The notes: generated by a model not told the origin, from the letters alone. 64,000 bases of DNA from the human T2T-CHM13v2.0 reference genome, Homo sapiens (GCF_009914755.1 NC_060931.1), one strand, 5' to 3'. Numbered from the stretch's first letter, positions 16,000 through 43,264 are shown. Numbers and translations are program-made.

Positions 16000-18900
16000 A
16001 GTCTCCCTTCAAAGTCTCAGCACCAGGTTGGTCCTTGGGCTGGGCTGCCATTGGACTGCATTTCTCGTGTCCACTGACATTCCCACTTCCCTAAATGACC
16101 TCTCTTCTCTCCTGAAAATTCTCCCACACTCACTCTGCACTGATGACTGTGTTTCCTGTGTCACTAAAGATCTAAAAAGCATGGGAGAGGACTTCCTTGA
16201 GTTCTCATCCCCACACCTGCCCCCCTGCCTGCACCCAGGCCCTGGGCTCTGCCACTCCTCCTGTCTCCAGGCTCCTGGCACAGGCCAATTCCCCCCCACA
16301 TCCCTCTTCCCTCCAGTCTTTCTTCCCCCCTGCTCATGTGTCCTCAAACGTTCTCTTTACTAGGTCTTACAAACAAGCTGTTATTCCAAGAATCTCTTCA
16401 AAAAACAGCAACAAGGCTTTCAGCTTTCAGCTGGGAGGAGGCCAAGGTGCAACTTTCTTGGGTCGTCCTGAATCTAGCCACCTCTGCCATGCTGCCGAAG
16501 TTCTACCCCAATGAGATCAAAGTCACATACCTAAGGTGTACTGGGGATGAAGTGGGTGCCACGTCTGTGTTGGCCCCCAAGATCAGCCCCCTAGGTCTGT
16601 CTTCAGAAAAGGTTGGTGATGACATTGCTAAAGCAACTGGTGACTGAAAGGATCTGAGGATTACAGTGAAACTGATCATTTAGAACAGAGAGGCCCAGAT
16701 TGAGGTGGTGACTTCTGCCTCTGCCCTGATCATCGAAGCCCTCAAGGAACCGCCAAGAGACAGAAAGAAACAGAAAAACATTAAACACAGTGGAAATATC
16801 ACTTTTGATGAGATTGTCAATGTTGCTCAACACATGTGGCACCGATCTTTAGCCAGAGAACTCTCTGGAATCATTAAAGAGATCCTGGGGACTCCCCAGT
16901 CTGTGGGCTGCAATGTTGATGGCTGCCACCCTCATGATATCATAGATGACATCAACGGTGGTGCTGTGGAATGCCCAGCTAATTAAGAAGCACAAAGGAA
17001 AATATTTCAATAAAGGATCATTTGAAAAACAAACAAAAAAAAAAACACAAAAAAACAAAAACAGCAACAATAACTTTCTCTTGGCCTCCCTGTTCTTCTC
17101 TTGGCTACTACCCCAGCTCTCTACTCACCTTTATATCTTGAAAGGATCATTTGTTCTTGCTTCAATTCTCCCTCAACCCACTGTGAACAACTTTCATCCC
17201 CATCTCTCAACATATCTACTCCTCACAAGGTCATCAATTACCCCCCACAGGGTGCAATCCAGCTGTCAGTTCTGAGTGCTCATCTCTGCATGTGACACCT
17301 TGCTCCCTTCCTCCTTTGTGAACCCTGCCTCACTAAGCTTCATGCACCCCCTTCTCCTGGCTTTTCTCTTCCAACACTGGCTGCTCCTTCTATTGCCTCC
17401 TTTACCAACCTCCTATCTTTAGCGTCCTCAAGCATCTGGTCTTGGACCCCCTCCCCTCCACTCTCCTCCCCTGCCCTCTCCTCCTCTACCCTTCCCTTCC
17501 CTTCTCTTTCCTTTCTTGACAGGGTCTCACTCTGGTTGCCGAGACTGAATTACAGTGGTGTGATCTCGGCTCACTGCAGCCTTGAGCTCCCGGGCTCAGA
17601 TGATTCTCCCACCTCAACCTCCTGAGTAGCTGGGATTACAGGCATGCACTATCATGTCTGGCTATTTCTTAATTTTTATTTTTAGTAGAGACAGGGTTTC
17701 ACCATGTTGCCCAGGTTGGTCTCAAGCTCCTGGACTAAAGCAATACACTTGCCTTGGCCTCCCGAAGGGCTGGGATTACAGGAGTGAGCCTGGCCACCTC
17801 TTCTATTTTCTATTTAAACCCACTCCTTTAAGGATATCACCAGCCTCATGATTTAAAATACCACAAGGCCGACAAGTCCCAAATTTCTAAGTCCAGCAAC
17901 CACCACTTGTCCAACATCCATGGGAGCCTGAGTAGGCGTATCACATTTAACATGTCCAAAACGGAACTCCTGATCTTATTCCATTCAAACTCGTTCCACC
18001 CCCGGCTTCCCCATCTTAGTGAGTGAAAACTCCATTCTTCCTGTTGCTCAGACCAGAAAACCTTCGTCTGTTCTCTCTTTTAAACCCTACACCCCAGTCA
18101 GGCATCATGTTGCCTGAGCCTTCAAAAGAATATCCTGAATCTGATTACTTTTCACCACCACCACTGCTACCAGCCTAAACACCCCCACCTCTTTCCAGGG
18201 TTATTGCAATATCCCCTCACTTATCCCCTATCTGTGCCTTGGCCCACTTTCAATCTATCCTCATCATAGCAGCGAGAGGGGTTCTATTAAAAATCTAAGT
18301 CAGATCATGAAACTCCTCTGCTCAAAACCTCTAATGGTTCTCATCTCACGTAGGGTAAAATACAAAGTCCTCACAAAGGTCCACAAGGGCCTCAGGATCT
18401 GTTCCCTCCATTCACTTCTCTGACCTCCTCTACTACCCTACCCCATCGACTATGCTCCAGCCACATGGACTTCACTCCCATCTCCCGAACCTTTGCACTT
18501 GCCATTCCCTCTGTCTGGAATACTCTTCCTCTAGGCAGGCTCAGGAGTCAGGCCATCAGCCCATCAACCCCATCAACTCCATTGGGTCTTTATTTAAAAG
18601 TTATCTTTGCAGTAGGACCTTCCCTACCCACCCCACCTAAATATTGCACCCTTTATAAAAGCACTGACCAACAGAACTTTGTGCTTGATGAAACTTTATC
18701 TTCACTGTCCAATAGGATGGCCACTATGAGGCTTTTGAGCACTGGAAATGTGGCTTGTATGACATGGAAATGGAATTTTTAACTTTAACTAATTTAAATA
18801 TCATCAGCCACACAAGGCTAGTGGCCACTATGTTGTAAGCACAGCATCTTTACACTCCTTTATCTCTTTTTGCTGCATTATTTTTTTGCTTACTATTTGC

Positions 18901-19112
18901 CACTAACATACTACATAATTTACTTATAATTTATTCATACATCTTGTTTATAATTTGTTTTCCTCACTAGAATGTAAGTGGAAAAAACAAATTATGACTA
19001 CACGGAGAATGAGGGGCAGGAATCTTTGTCTGTTTTGTTCACTACTATATTTCTGGTACCTAGAACAGTTTCTGGCACATAGTATATACTAACAAAATCT
19101 TTGTTAAATGAA
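16000..19112 (+). mobile_element. L2 (L2a-like) LINE remnant hosting the RPL12 retrocopy, an AluJ and a MER3-like element
   Basis: L2 motifs (catttaacatgtccaaaacggaactcctgatc; aagtcagatcatg; cctagaacagtttctggcacatagt...ttgttaaatgaa at the 3' end); 5' boundary approximate. Confidence 0.75.
16415..17056 (+). pseudogene. RPL12 processed pseudogene (ribosomal protein uL11)
   Basis: RPL12-like 5'UTR; CDS 16489-16986 (165 codons, [32 protein letters not shown]...ECPAN*) with premature stops at 16645-16647 and 16681-16683; no introns; AATAAA at ~17009; A-rich tail; TSD aaaaacagcaacaa at 16401-16414 and 17057-17070. Confidence 0.96.
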
Positions 19113-20469
19113 GGAACACGCAGTAGGAGACTCTACAAGCTCCACCCAGGCATTGCTCTGCTCTCTGTCCATGTCTACTCTCTGCTAATTTGCCAGACGT
19201 TGATCTAACTTTCATCTCCTGACCTGGATGTTCATAGGTTCCTCTGGCCCTTCTCCTTCTGAATGGTTTCTTCCTTCAGAAACCAGTGTCTAGTTTCCCA
19301 GTGGTGTACCCACTACCTTCACTTCAACCCACCAGTCTATAGCCTCTTGGTCCTCTCTGCCAGCCTTGGCTCTGTTGGGCTTCTCTTTAACTAGGCTTAC
19401 CTGAGACAACAAATGGCCAAGAGCCATGGGGTAGGCCAAGAGTGCTGTCAGCCTATGCTTCTCTTCTTTGCTAAGACTCCAGAAAACAACACAGCACTTC
19501 ACGGCATCTCTCGGCAGTCAACCAGAGTTAGAAGCTGGACCTCAGTCATCCACACCACATGCTAAATCATCACCAAATGGCCTCATGATGAAGGACTTCA
19601 CACACAGAAACCTTCTGGGCATAGGTCACGCCTTCTATGCCTTTCCAGGACACATGACTGTGGCCCCCAGTGATGGTTAGGTGGCTATTACTGAGCTAAG
19701 ACTCTACAATGAGTGTCTTGCTTCCTTTCTAAAAGAAACCCTACCCTTGGGCCAAGGGATAGGGAAGGGAACAGAAGGGAATTCTAGTTATGGCTGTTCT
19801 TTGTTTTAACCAATAAATGGATTTCCATTTTAAGAGCCCAGATGTCAAGAGTATCTTATTATAGTGGCCTCACACAGGCTGGGAATGAAGTAGAAATTAG
19901 AATGGTTGTTGAAAACTTTCCGTTTTCTTCTTCTTTATTAAGTCTGATGACTCAGACTTGATCTAGGGCTTTTTGTAACAGCCAGGCACATCCTCTTACA
20001 TAAATGAGAGAAGATGTAACCACCTATTATAATGCCTTGCATATAAGGGACACTCAACAAACGGTGGCTAATAATATGATGAGTAGAAATAAATATTCTG
20101 TTCTGCCTCACAATGTCTATCACAATGAAAACAATTGTGGGAAGTAAACTGTATATTGAAATGTATTACCAAAATCGAAAGTTAAGCAAAAATAGTTTCC
20201 ATAGATAGCTAAAAACTTTCTGTTTTTCCTGAGCTAAAGAAGAACAAGAAACTAAAACTCCTTTCAGGCACCATTTATCTTTCTGTTAAACATCAATCTG
20301 ATGTCATGTGGCAAGAGTTTTAGTTTCATTTAAAAATCATTTCTGATATCTTGTGGAACAGAACAATTTCCCTTCCAGAGAAAAAGGGTATCTATTTAGC
20401 CAATGACAAACAGCTTCCATTTTCTCCTTTTTTTTAACTTTTTTTTTTTTTTTTTTTTGTTAACACCAC

Positions 20470-20962
20470 TTTTGTTCAGGGTGACAGTACACCTGTAGCC
20501 CAAGGGGATGAATCACAGTAGATATAAATTCCACGTGGTGATTTCCTTCCCTAGACTACCCTGTAGCTAGGATTGGCATAGGACCATTCTGGCCAGTGAG
20601 GTATAAGTAGAAGTCTCCTGGGGGCTTCAGGGAAAGAATCTGCTTTCTGATAAATGATGCAAGTGCAAGAGGAGAGTTTGCTTTTGCTCTTCCCCACCCA
20701 CATCCTGTCTGGGAGTGTGACAGTGCCTACAGCTGCAGCAGCTGTCTTGCAATCATGAATTGACAGTGTCAGAAGCCAATCTGCTGAAAATGACAAGGCA
20801 GATGGATAGATCAACATGGGGTCTCAATGGCATCACTGAGTGGCTGCACCAACACTAAATGGACAACAGCTGCAATTCTTGTTTAGCCAAGGTTGAAGGT
20901 TCTTAAAATTGAAACTCTTGTCAGTTGAGTTTTATTTGCAGCCAGAAGCAATTCCAACTGAT
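20470..20962 (+). mobile_element. MLT1-like MaLR LTR remnant
   Basis: gcagcagctgtcttgcaatcatga...ttgcagccagaagcaattccaactgattca motifs. Confidence 0.55.
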
Positions 20963-21356
20963 TCACAGACCTTTAATTACTAGTTCAATGACTACCCATA
21001 CACCCAGTATCTAAATTTAACTACTTCTAATATTTACCACATTTGCTTTTTTCTCTTAAGTTTTCAATATATGTGGAAGATAAATTGTAGACATAACGCT
21101 TAGCCCTTCAGCAAGTATCTCCTAAAAAGAAGAACATTTTCCTTCATAACCACAAGGCTATTATCCCTCCTAAAAATATTAATGATTCTGTGATATCATC
21201 TGAACACTAGTCCATATTCGGTTTCCTTTATCACAAAACACATTTAACACAAAAATGTGTTTTTGTAGTTGGATAAAATTTTCATATAAATGTTCATACA
21301 AACGGGACTTGGGATTTTGTTTTCCCTTTTCTTTTCCCTTTTTAAAAAAAATTTAA

Positions 21357-22434
<1,078 letters not shown>

Positions 22435-23596
22435 GACTTACAAGTCACCTAAAAGCCTCATCCACGTATCTTCCAAAAGTGTTGTAAGACTTCCCATTTG
22501 GAAATTTACTTGGGATTGAGCTCGTAATGTACTAATATTCTTCTCAATTAGACAGTGAGGCAAAGGACTGTGAACATTTAATGTGGAGTAAGGCACCCTC
22601 TCTGTGAGCCAGGCTTCTTGGTTAGGGGTCCTACCTGTATCCCACCTCCCAAAACAGCTCTACACATCACACTCCACAATTCACAAGTAACAGTGTGAGA
22701 AGATAAACAAGAGATGACATTTTTATCCACAGTTGTGGTAATTACAATACTAATTGTGTATATGAAATAGTCAACACTTTTTATAACTTATAACTATAAG
22801 AAAAATTAGGATGCACCCACAATCTAGAAGAGATGGAAAAACAAAGTTAATTGTGTTGTGACATTTAAATTAGTGAAATCCATTAAGATTTTTCTAGAAC
22901 ATTGCTACATAGAAGGACAAATGCTTTGTTAATTTTGCTTATTTTGTTTAACCTCCCACCCTAATTAATAACACTATGCTCAGAGGAACTGTGCAATTTC
23001 AGGGTGACATGAATGAAGCCATAGTACCCCAGGAAAGGCCATGTGCCCCCTTTCTCAAGTAGAGCTTATTAAAGTTAGGTCTAACCAGAGGCTTACCTAA
23101 AGCACTCTTCTCTCTCTTCATTCATCCGGTGCCCGTGGCTTTAGTCTGTTTCTCCTCATTTCCAGAATTTTCAGTGTCATTTAGTTCTCCCACCATTACT
23201 ACATGCTAGAAGAAAAAGGTTTCAAATAATGAAAAATATATTCAAAACTGTTATACGGTCCTAAACTGGAAGAAGTCAATGTGCTTTAACTTAATTCCAA
23301 TTGGATCCCTCTAAAACCATTTATATTTCACTTATTTCAACTGTAGAAAGTTAATTGTATAATCTATTATAAGGGCTTTATTGCACATGAATAAAGTCAT
23401 AACAATTGTCATCAACATAAAGGCCTATTATTAATGCTCAAAACCAATTATTTAGGGGGAAATATTCAACCAGCTATAATCAGAGACTCACAGATTAATC
23501 ACGCATGCAAAAAAAAGGTTAAAGATACGTTTTAACTAAATTATCTGTGTCGCCATTCTAACAGGAACAATGACGTAAGTAACTTGTCCTTTATTT

Positions 23597-29800
<6,204 letters not shown>

Positions 29801-32209
29801 CCCAACTCCTTATTTTGCTCCCAGGTTCAGCCTTGTCTGTGGAGGGAGAGACATAGCACAGAACCTCCCAACCCCATCTGCTTCTCTAGTTAACTAAGCA
29901 AGTCAATCCTTAGCCTCCAGCCCTTCGGCTCCCTGCCTGCATAATCAAACAGATTTAGAGTAAAGCCAGCATTGGATTAAATCCTAGTGTTCTTTAATAG
30001 AATGCTAAACATAAACCATGGAGGGCTAAACGATTCTTCCCCTCCCCCTGTCTCCCACCATCATCCCCTCCCTCCCTACACAAATTGCACCAGCTTAGAC
30101 CCTGCCTTCCTTACACCTTTATTCCTGCCTGTGAACTGCTTTGAATTTTTGTCATAATTGCTATGTGACTTACAGGCATTCTTGAATTTTTTTCTCCATA
30201 TAAACCTTATTTTGCCCCTAACAGTGATGGAAACAGACTTGGAAAGTTTTGGAAGCATCATTTCTGTATTATAAGTCATCACACTTCCTCTGTTGACATT
30301 CATTCATTGGTTCATCGCTAGTGGCCATAATTTAATAATCTGCCCTTTAGATCTCCTACATACACTGCTATTTTTCTAACCAACAACATGCAAAAAATGG
30401 TGTAAGGGCAAAGACAGCACCCAACACCAGCAAGGCTGTGAAGCTGTTTTTATTATGATGATTTCCTTATGTTGTACACAGACTGTGGCATCCAGCTAGA
30501 CAAGCTCTGTGGTTAATATTATATTTGAAATGAAAAAGATTCCAAGTTCTTCAAATTTGCATTCTCAAAGTCTGTCTTCTTGAATTTCTATATTTTAAAA
30601 ACAATCTTCTGACAATTAAGATCGTATTTAAATAGGCTTTGCAAATTCCAGCAAGAAACTGAGTCCACATCATTTGAGGTGCTATTCTGTCGACTTCCCT
30701 TGCTTCCCCCTAGCCAAAAAGATAAGCCATTTTTAAAATTGTATAATTACTTAAAAAAATGTTTCAAGTATTCAACACATAGCAAGCTAGGCTCCCTGAG
30801 AGTTATGATACAGGAGAAAGGGACAAAAGGATACCATGCCAAAAACTGGAAGAGGGAAATTGATAAATTGAATATGACTCTAAAGCAATGGAACAAAGCA
30901 AATGTTAATAGGCAGACTGCAATTCTGGCTACCCCGGAGGCATTAGTTATTTCTGAGCTAATCCTAAATTAATTCGCTCAGAATGACCACTACAGAGCTG
31001 CTTTAAGAGACAGGGTACACAGTTCTGCAGTTGCATGATTCCTACATATGACAATTAGACAGCAAGGCTAAAGCAGAGAGCAATCTAGCAACTGCATAGC
31101 CCAGAAAGAAACAACTCTGGTTCCAATTTACTGACAAACTCCTAACTTGCTGAAGTCTCAGTGTCTGCCCCTTAGTTTTTGCCTTTTATACAATTGTCTT
31201 TTGGTTATTGCATGCATTCAAAAAAAAATGTTCCATTGAGCATTCCCTGGCAGAGAGGAGAAAGGCCTTTCTCTCATTCCCATCTTCCATACTAAACTTC
31301 TCTTCCATCTGTATTTTTTTTCCTCTTCCCAAAGGAGGGCCTTCTCTGACAGTCTGGGAGTTCAGAGTGTAAATCACCCCTTATTAGCTCTGAACATTGG
31401 ACAAGTCCCTTTACTTCTGTCAGCCACAGACACTCAAGAAATATTTACTGAGGTAGTATGTTTTCTAAGAGATGGGGATTAAGGGGAGAACAAGATAAAG
31501 CCCCCACTTTATAAGCTCACATACATATGGCAGAAACAATCAATGGGAGAACAAAGAGGCACTTAATAAAGTGTAAGAGGAGGCAAAGGTCAGCGGTTGG
31601 GGTGGGGGAAGGGCAGAGAGTGAAGGAGGGAGGTTACTTTGGATGGAGCCACCAGGAAAAGCTCTTCAGGTCATGAGGTCTGAGCAGAGACCAAATAAGG
31701 TAAGAGAGTGAGTCACATCTTGGGGAGAGACAGCGATTGCAGACAGCAAGGTGAGACTAAGGTTGGCCTGTTCCAAGAACGACAAGCTGGTGTGCTGGAG
31801 TGCGGTCTGTGTGGGACAGAGTAGAAGGAAATGAGGGAGGTACGTGGAACTAGGACATATGCACCCTGTGGCCACTGTGGGACTTCTGATTTTATTCAGT
31901 GACAGGAAACAACTGGAGAGTTTTAGCAGAGGAGTTACGTGATCTGATTTTGTTTTATAAAATTGGCTCTGGTTGATTTTGTCAAGAGTGGACTCCAGAA
32001 GAGTAAAAGTATTGCTTACTCCATGGAAGCAATAAGACCAGAAAGGAGGTTATAATGATGACTGTGGCAAGGGATGATGGTAGTTCACTAATCTATGAGG
32101 GTAACAGTAGCAACAATTGCACGGCACTGTTGTGAGAATTAAATAAGATAGTACGTGCAGGTAGCTTGACATTGTGCCTAGCACATAGTAATAACAGTGT
32201 TAGCATTCT

Positions 32210-33483
<1,274 letters not shown>

Positions 33484-35129
33484 TGGTCCGATTATTTCTC
33501 AATCCCTTCCAAGCACTCCCTTGTGTGTCCAAGCAAGCTTGCATACAGGAAGGTTTATGTGGTTGGTCCAAAATGTTCAAAATTCTTTGTCAAGGCCATT
33601 TTTATTCACTGTGGTTATAAATCCTGCCACTTATGACCTTAGAGAGGCAGCGTGGTAGCAAGTCCTGACATGGCACTGCTTCCCAGGGGCATCTGGTGGT
33701 TGGTGGGGAGGGGCATTTCTGAATGTCACGATGGCAGGAGGGCAGTGCTGGCACTTTGAGTGAGGTCTGGGGATATTAAATGAAACAGTCCTACACAATC
33801 AATGATTTTCCACCCAGACTCCCCATGCTGTCCCTCTGGAAAACACTTAGGAGGCAGGAAAGTCTTCTTGCAGGTTGTACGTGGCCCAACTCCAAGGAAG
33901 TTGTACAGCATGGGGGGCCTGGGGATGCTGGCATAGAGGAAATATCCAAAAAATGGAAGAAATTTCCTCCACTACCTTCTCGGAAGGTTAAGGATATCCA
34001 ATAAGTTAATGTATGTATGTATTAATTAAGTTGTAAGTCATCATGAGACTGACCAACCTGTCCCTCTGCACACACAAGTTGCTAATGAGGCAGAAAATAG
34101 TCTCTGCCTTAGAGAATTTATAATTCAATCATCAGTAATGAGTAGCTGTACCCTCCTATTAGAGAAGAAAGTGGGCAATGTGCTTTCAAAATTATGGGCC
34201 TGGTTTTCGCAAACCAAACATCTTATTTTTAATTAAACTTTGTAAATGCCAATTCTTTTTTTCTCTAGTTATGAATATCCATATTGTACCAAAATGTGTT
34301 AAGTCAAAGATACTTAAAATACTACTTAGGCTTTTAAAAACAAAATTATATGTAACATTGTTTATGACAACTACCTTCTTTTTAAAATGGGAAAGGAACT
34401 AGTCAATGGCCCAAATTAATCTTTTTTTTCTCTCTTTTGCTTTTTTTTTAAAGAAAAGTTATGGTTGTCTCCTTTACAGCAAAATAATCTGAAGAGAAAT
34501 TCTGATCTGTTAGAATAAAATTGAACTGATTCTTTAGGAAATTTCATTTTTGTAGTCAGAAAATTTTATGCATTCATTATTAAATCACTCATTTGTAGAT
34601 AATAAACATTGTCTACCATAGGCCAGTTTTGCACAGACTTTCAAAATTTATTCCAAAGGGCACTCCTAGCCTAAATAAACAACAAAATGGGAATAGGAGA
34701 CATGGGCAACAAATACTAGAAGCTACATTTAATGTAATTTTTTAAAGGGGACAGTTTTCCTTTATTAGTAAGATAATTAAAGGGAAATAACAACAACAAA
34801 AAAAAGAACTGTGTTAAAAATGTGCTGAGGTTAAAATGTTGGCACACTAAGTACATTTGACAAGCTTAATGACCTTGGCAGGCACTGACCGCTGTTTACT
34901 TTGTATTCACCCTCCTTCTTTCCTACTAGCAAATATCAAACAAAGAGAATCCCCTATTTCAGTGTAGATGGATTCATTCTCCAATTCTAGAATGTGAATC
35001 AAATTTGTCTAACCTAGTCACTATCCATGGACAATGGTTGGTCTAAAGGTAGTGATTAAACCCAATTTTAGCCAATGAGATGTAAACAGATATCTGCTAG
35101 GTAAGCTTCCAGGAAAACCTTTGAAGCAC

Positions 35130-38350
<3,221 letters not shown>

Positions 38351-39182
38351 ATGAGTAGTGGTTCATGATGTTTCCCTCTTAAAGGAAATTTGTCAACATG
38401 TGAAGACATTTTTTAATATCATAACCTGGCCAGAGAGGGGTGGACAACCACTGGATAAAGGAATAAGCACTAGGAATCAACATTTCTGTAACATTTCACA
38501 ATTTTTATTATGAAATGTTGAAGGAAAAATGAAGGGATTATAATTTTCCTATATTCCCTAACAAATTTTATTTTTACCTAGAAGTAGATAGCTATAAACA
38601 TACTATAATATTCAAGCTGATAAAACAAAATCAAGAAAATGTATAACATAGTAAGACCAATAATATCAAAAATGTAGAAATTATCAAATCCTAAAGAAAC
38701 TTAGTAATTGAAACCTTAAAAAAATATGTTTTTAGGGCCGGGCATGGTGGCTCATGCCTGTAATCCCAGCACTTTGGAAGGCCAAGGCGGGCGGATCACG
38801 AGGTCAGGAGATCGAGACCATCTTGGCTAACACAGTGAAACCCCATCTCTACTAAAAGTACAAAAACTTAGCCGGGCGTGGTGGCAGGTGCCTGTAGTCT
38901 CAGCTACTTGGGAGGCTGAGGCAGGAGAATGGCATGAATCCAGGAGGCGGAGCTTGTAGTGAGCTGAGATCGTGCCACTGCACTCCAGCCTGGGCAACAG
39001 AGCGAGACTCTGTCTCAAAAAAAAAAAAAAGTAATAATAATAATAATATATATATGTCTTTGGTAACCCATAGCACTTATTCCTGGAAAGCAAAGTGAAG
39101 TAAAACATAATTCATCATGCTTTCAACAGAATAAAGGTATAAGTCACATTTTAAAGGAAAATATTTTATAAAAGTCACCATC

Positions 39183-39965
39183 TGTGTTAGACCATTCTTG
39201 CATTACTATAAAGAAATAACTGAGTCTGGGTAAGTTATAAAGAAAAGAGGTTTAGGGCCAGGCATGGTGGCTCATGACAGCACTTTGGGAGGTCGAGGTG
39301 GGCAGATCACTTGAGGCCAGGAGTTTGAGACCAGCCTGGCCAACATGGTGAAACCCTGTCTCTACTAAAAATCCAAAAATTAGACAGGTGTGGTGGTATG
39401 CACCTGTAGTCCCAGCTACTCAGGAGGCTGAGGTGACAGAGGGAGACTTTGTCTCAAAAAAAAAAAAAAAAGAAAGAAAAGAGGTTTAATTGGCTCATGG
39501 TTCTGCAGGCTATACAGGAAGCATGGTGCTGGCATCCACAAGACTCCTGGTGAGGGCCTCAGGGAGGTTACAATCGTGGTAGAAGGAGAAAGGGAGTAGA
39601 GTATCACACAGCAAGAAAGGGAACAAGAGAGAGAAGGAGGGAGGGGCCACACAGTTTTAAAAAACCAGATCTTTTGTGAACTCACTTACCACCAAAGGGT
39701 TGGCACTAAGCCATTCATGACAGATCCACCCCCGTGATCCAAACACCACCCACCAGGCCCACCTCCAACACTGGGGATTACATTTCTTTTTTCTTTTTTT
39801 CTTTTTGTTGAAACAGAGTGTTGCTGTGTTGCCCAGGCTGGAGTGCAGTGGTGATCTTGGCTCACTGCAACCTCCACCTCCCAGGTTCAAGCGATTCTCC
39901 TGTCTCAGCCTCCCAAGTAGTGAGTAGCTGGGATTTAGAGGCACGCACCAGGATACCCGGCTAAT

Positions 39966-39999
<34 letters not shown>

Positions 40000-40142
40000 A
40001 GTAGAGACAGTGTTTCTCCTTGTTGGCCGGGCTAGTCTTGAACTCTTGACCTCAAGTGATCTACCCGCCTCAGCCTCCCAAAGTGTTGAGATTACAGGCA
40101 TGAGCCACCGATTTGAAGGGGACAAATATACAAACCATGTCA
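39183..40142 (-). mobile_element. MST (MaLR) LTR with two Alu insertions (~39256-39470 +, ~39790-40110 -)
   Basis: tgtgttag...aaaccatgtca ends; TSD ccatc at 39178-39182 and 40143-40147. Confidence 0.85.
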
Positions 40143-40874
40143 CCATCTTTACTTAATTTCTTCTCATAAGGATTTAATAATATAATTAAAGAAAATTTGC
40201 TAAGAAGGAAAAAAGTGCTATTATCATCCTGTAAGTTTTTATTTTTATATAATTCTTTTCAATTTTTCCTGAAATGCAGTTATATTTATACATGGCATCA
40301 TGCATTCTGGTTTTTCACATAGAATATAAAATGTTTTATGTCTACATAAGTTGTTTGATAAAAATGAAATATATTAAGTTACGGAGGATTTCTTTAACAC
40401 AATTTATAATTTTGCAATCTATTTACAGGAGGATACAAAACTCTAATAGAGGAAAAATAAATTTATGAAGACATGTGCCTTATTGTTGTGTGAGAAGATG
40501 AAGTAAAATATTAATATGTTCATTAAGTTAGATTACATTAAGTACCAGTTACAGTCTCCAGCCCACCCTCTTGACAAGTTTATAGTGTAATTCATCTGGA
40601 AAGATTAGTAAGACTATCATACAGTGCCATTACTGATGATCATGATGGTGATAATGATAATGATGATGATGATTAGTAGTTATAATAATATAGTCATCTG
40701 AATGCGGCAATTTTTTTTTCCAGAACAGCATTGATACTTGCTAACTCAGATCAATTAATATTTCCATCTCCACTGACTGATGTATTAAATTTGAAAGTTA
40801 TTCTAAAGAGGTGGCATTAAACATTAAAAACTATTCTAAAAGCTAGAAAAAAATGGACTCGTGTATTTATCTCA

Positions 40875-41294
<420 letters not shown>

Positions 41295-41449
41295 TTAAAT
41301 ATATAAGGTTAGTACCTGATTCTGCCTGACTTACAGCCAAGGTGGACAAACCACTTACGCATGCAGACTTAAAGACATCAAATTACCAAAATGAAAAATA
41401 CACACCTGGCTGGGTTTCTTTAATACATGTACAATCTAGGGCACAATTA

Positions 41450-41688
<239 letters not shown>

Positions 41689-41689
41689 T

Positions 41690-41723
<34 letters not shown>

Positions 41724-42339
41724 CAATGGTTCTTCTAGTGTACAAGTCAATCACCTGGCCCAGGCTGGTTCGGGCCTTCACAAAAGAATAACGGTATCTA
41801 GGAGTGGTGTGAAAACTTTCCCTTTCTCCTTACTTAGTTCAACTAAGATGCCTGGATTTTTAAAAATAAACCTTTATTAAGAAACAAAGGTAACAATGAA
41901 GCAAAAAAGTATTGGCACCTGGTGGGGTCTAGCCAAAAACTGGCTGAGGCTGGCTGGCACGTTACCTTAGCCTGTCCAGGCAACCTCATCACGGAATCCC
42001 TCAGCCCCTTCTGGTCCCTGGAATCTAGGAGATCTGTTAGGAGAGTGAACAACTATTCAAACACCATTTATTGAGAACCTTTTAGGTATTAGAGACTTCA
42101 ATGAGCCAAATATTTTCCTGGTGCTTATCTAAACAAATAATCATAAGGAAGTGTGCAAAATATTTTGAAGGATTCATAGGTAGATGCAGACTGACATGCT
42201 TATTAAAATGCAGATTTCAGCTGGGTGCGGGGGCCCACCCCTGTAATCCCAGCACTTTGGGAGGCCGAGGCGGGTGGATCACTTGATGTCAGGAGTTTGA
42301 GACCAGCCTGGCCAACATGGTGAAACCCCGTCTCTACTA

Positions 42340-42546
<207 letters not shown>

Positions 42547-43264
42547 CTACCACCCCCACTCTCCCATTTGCTGACCCATAATCTATTATTAGGAATGAGA
42601 AATCTTCCCAGAAGGTTCTCATGCAGGCAGTCTGAGGGCTGCCCTCAAGCAAAAAGTGGACTTAAAGGAGGATTAAGACCTCTCTTGCCTCCAAATTTTC
42701 TGAGTTTATAATTTTGTTTTAGTAGACTAAAACATAAGAAGAGCTTAAGTGATGAAAAATAGGGAAATGCACAAGGCATAGTTCCATACAATGGAGTGGT
42801 AAAAAGGTCATTTGACAAATTTCTTTTGGAAGACGTTGGTGCTCTTCTATTTTAGGAGCTAACAAGAGCCCTGGTACCCATAGATTCCTTTTTAGTCTGA
42901 CTTCCACTATATACTCAATTTAAGTAGCTTGCTTTGGTTACATTTTCTTGTATGGCACTGTTGTGAAACACATGCTCTAATGTTCCAGCACACAGACACG
43001 ATTTGGCATTTCTTTTGCTTGTGATTTTGGTTTTATTATGCCTCTATTCTGGTCTTCCAGGCATTATGTGGAGAGGTAATGTTGAAAACCACATTCTCCA
43101 AATAGAGCTGTTAATTCCATGCATCTTTGATCTACATCTTCTGTTACTTGCATTTACTCCCCCTCCATTTGTCACCCCATCAGTGATTCTCCATCTGACC
43201 CTGAACACCTTTCCAGCCTCTAATAAAATCTGCACTCCAGTCAGACTGGACTCCTTATACCTTG

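Noticed and set aside
16489-16986. RPL12 as a functional gene or retrogene
   Set aside because: Two in-frame stops, no introns, poly(A) tail and TSD: an ordinary processed pseudogene.
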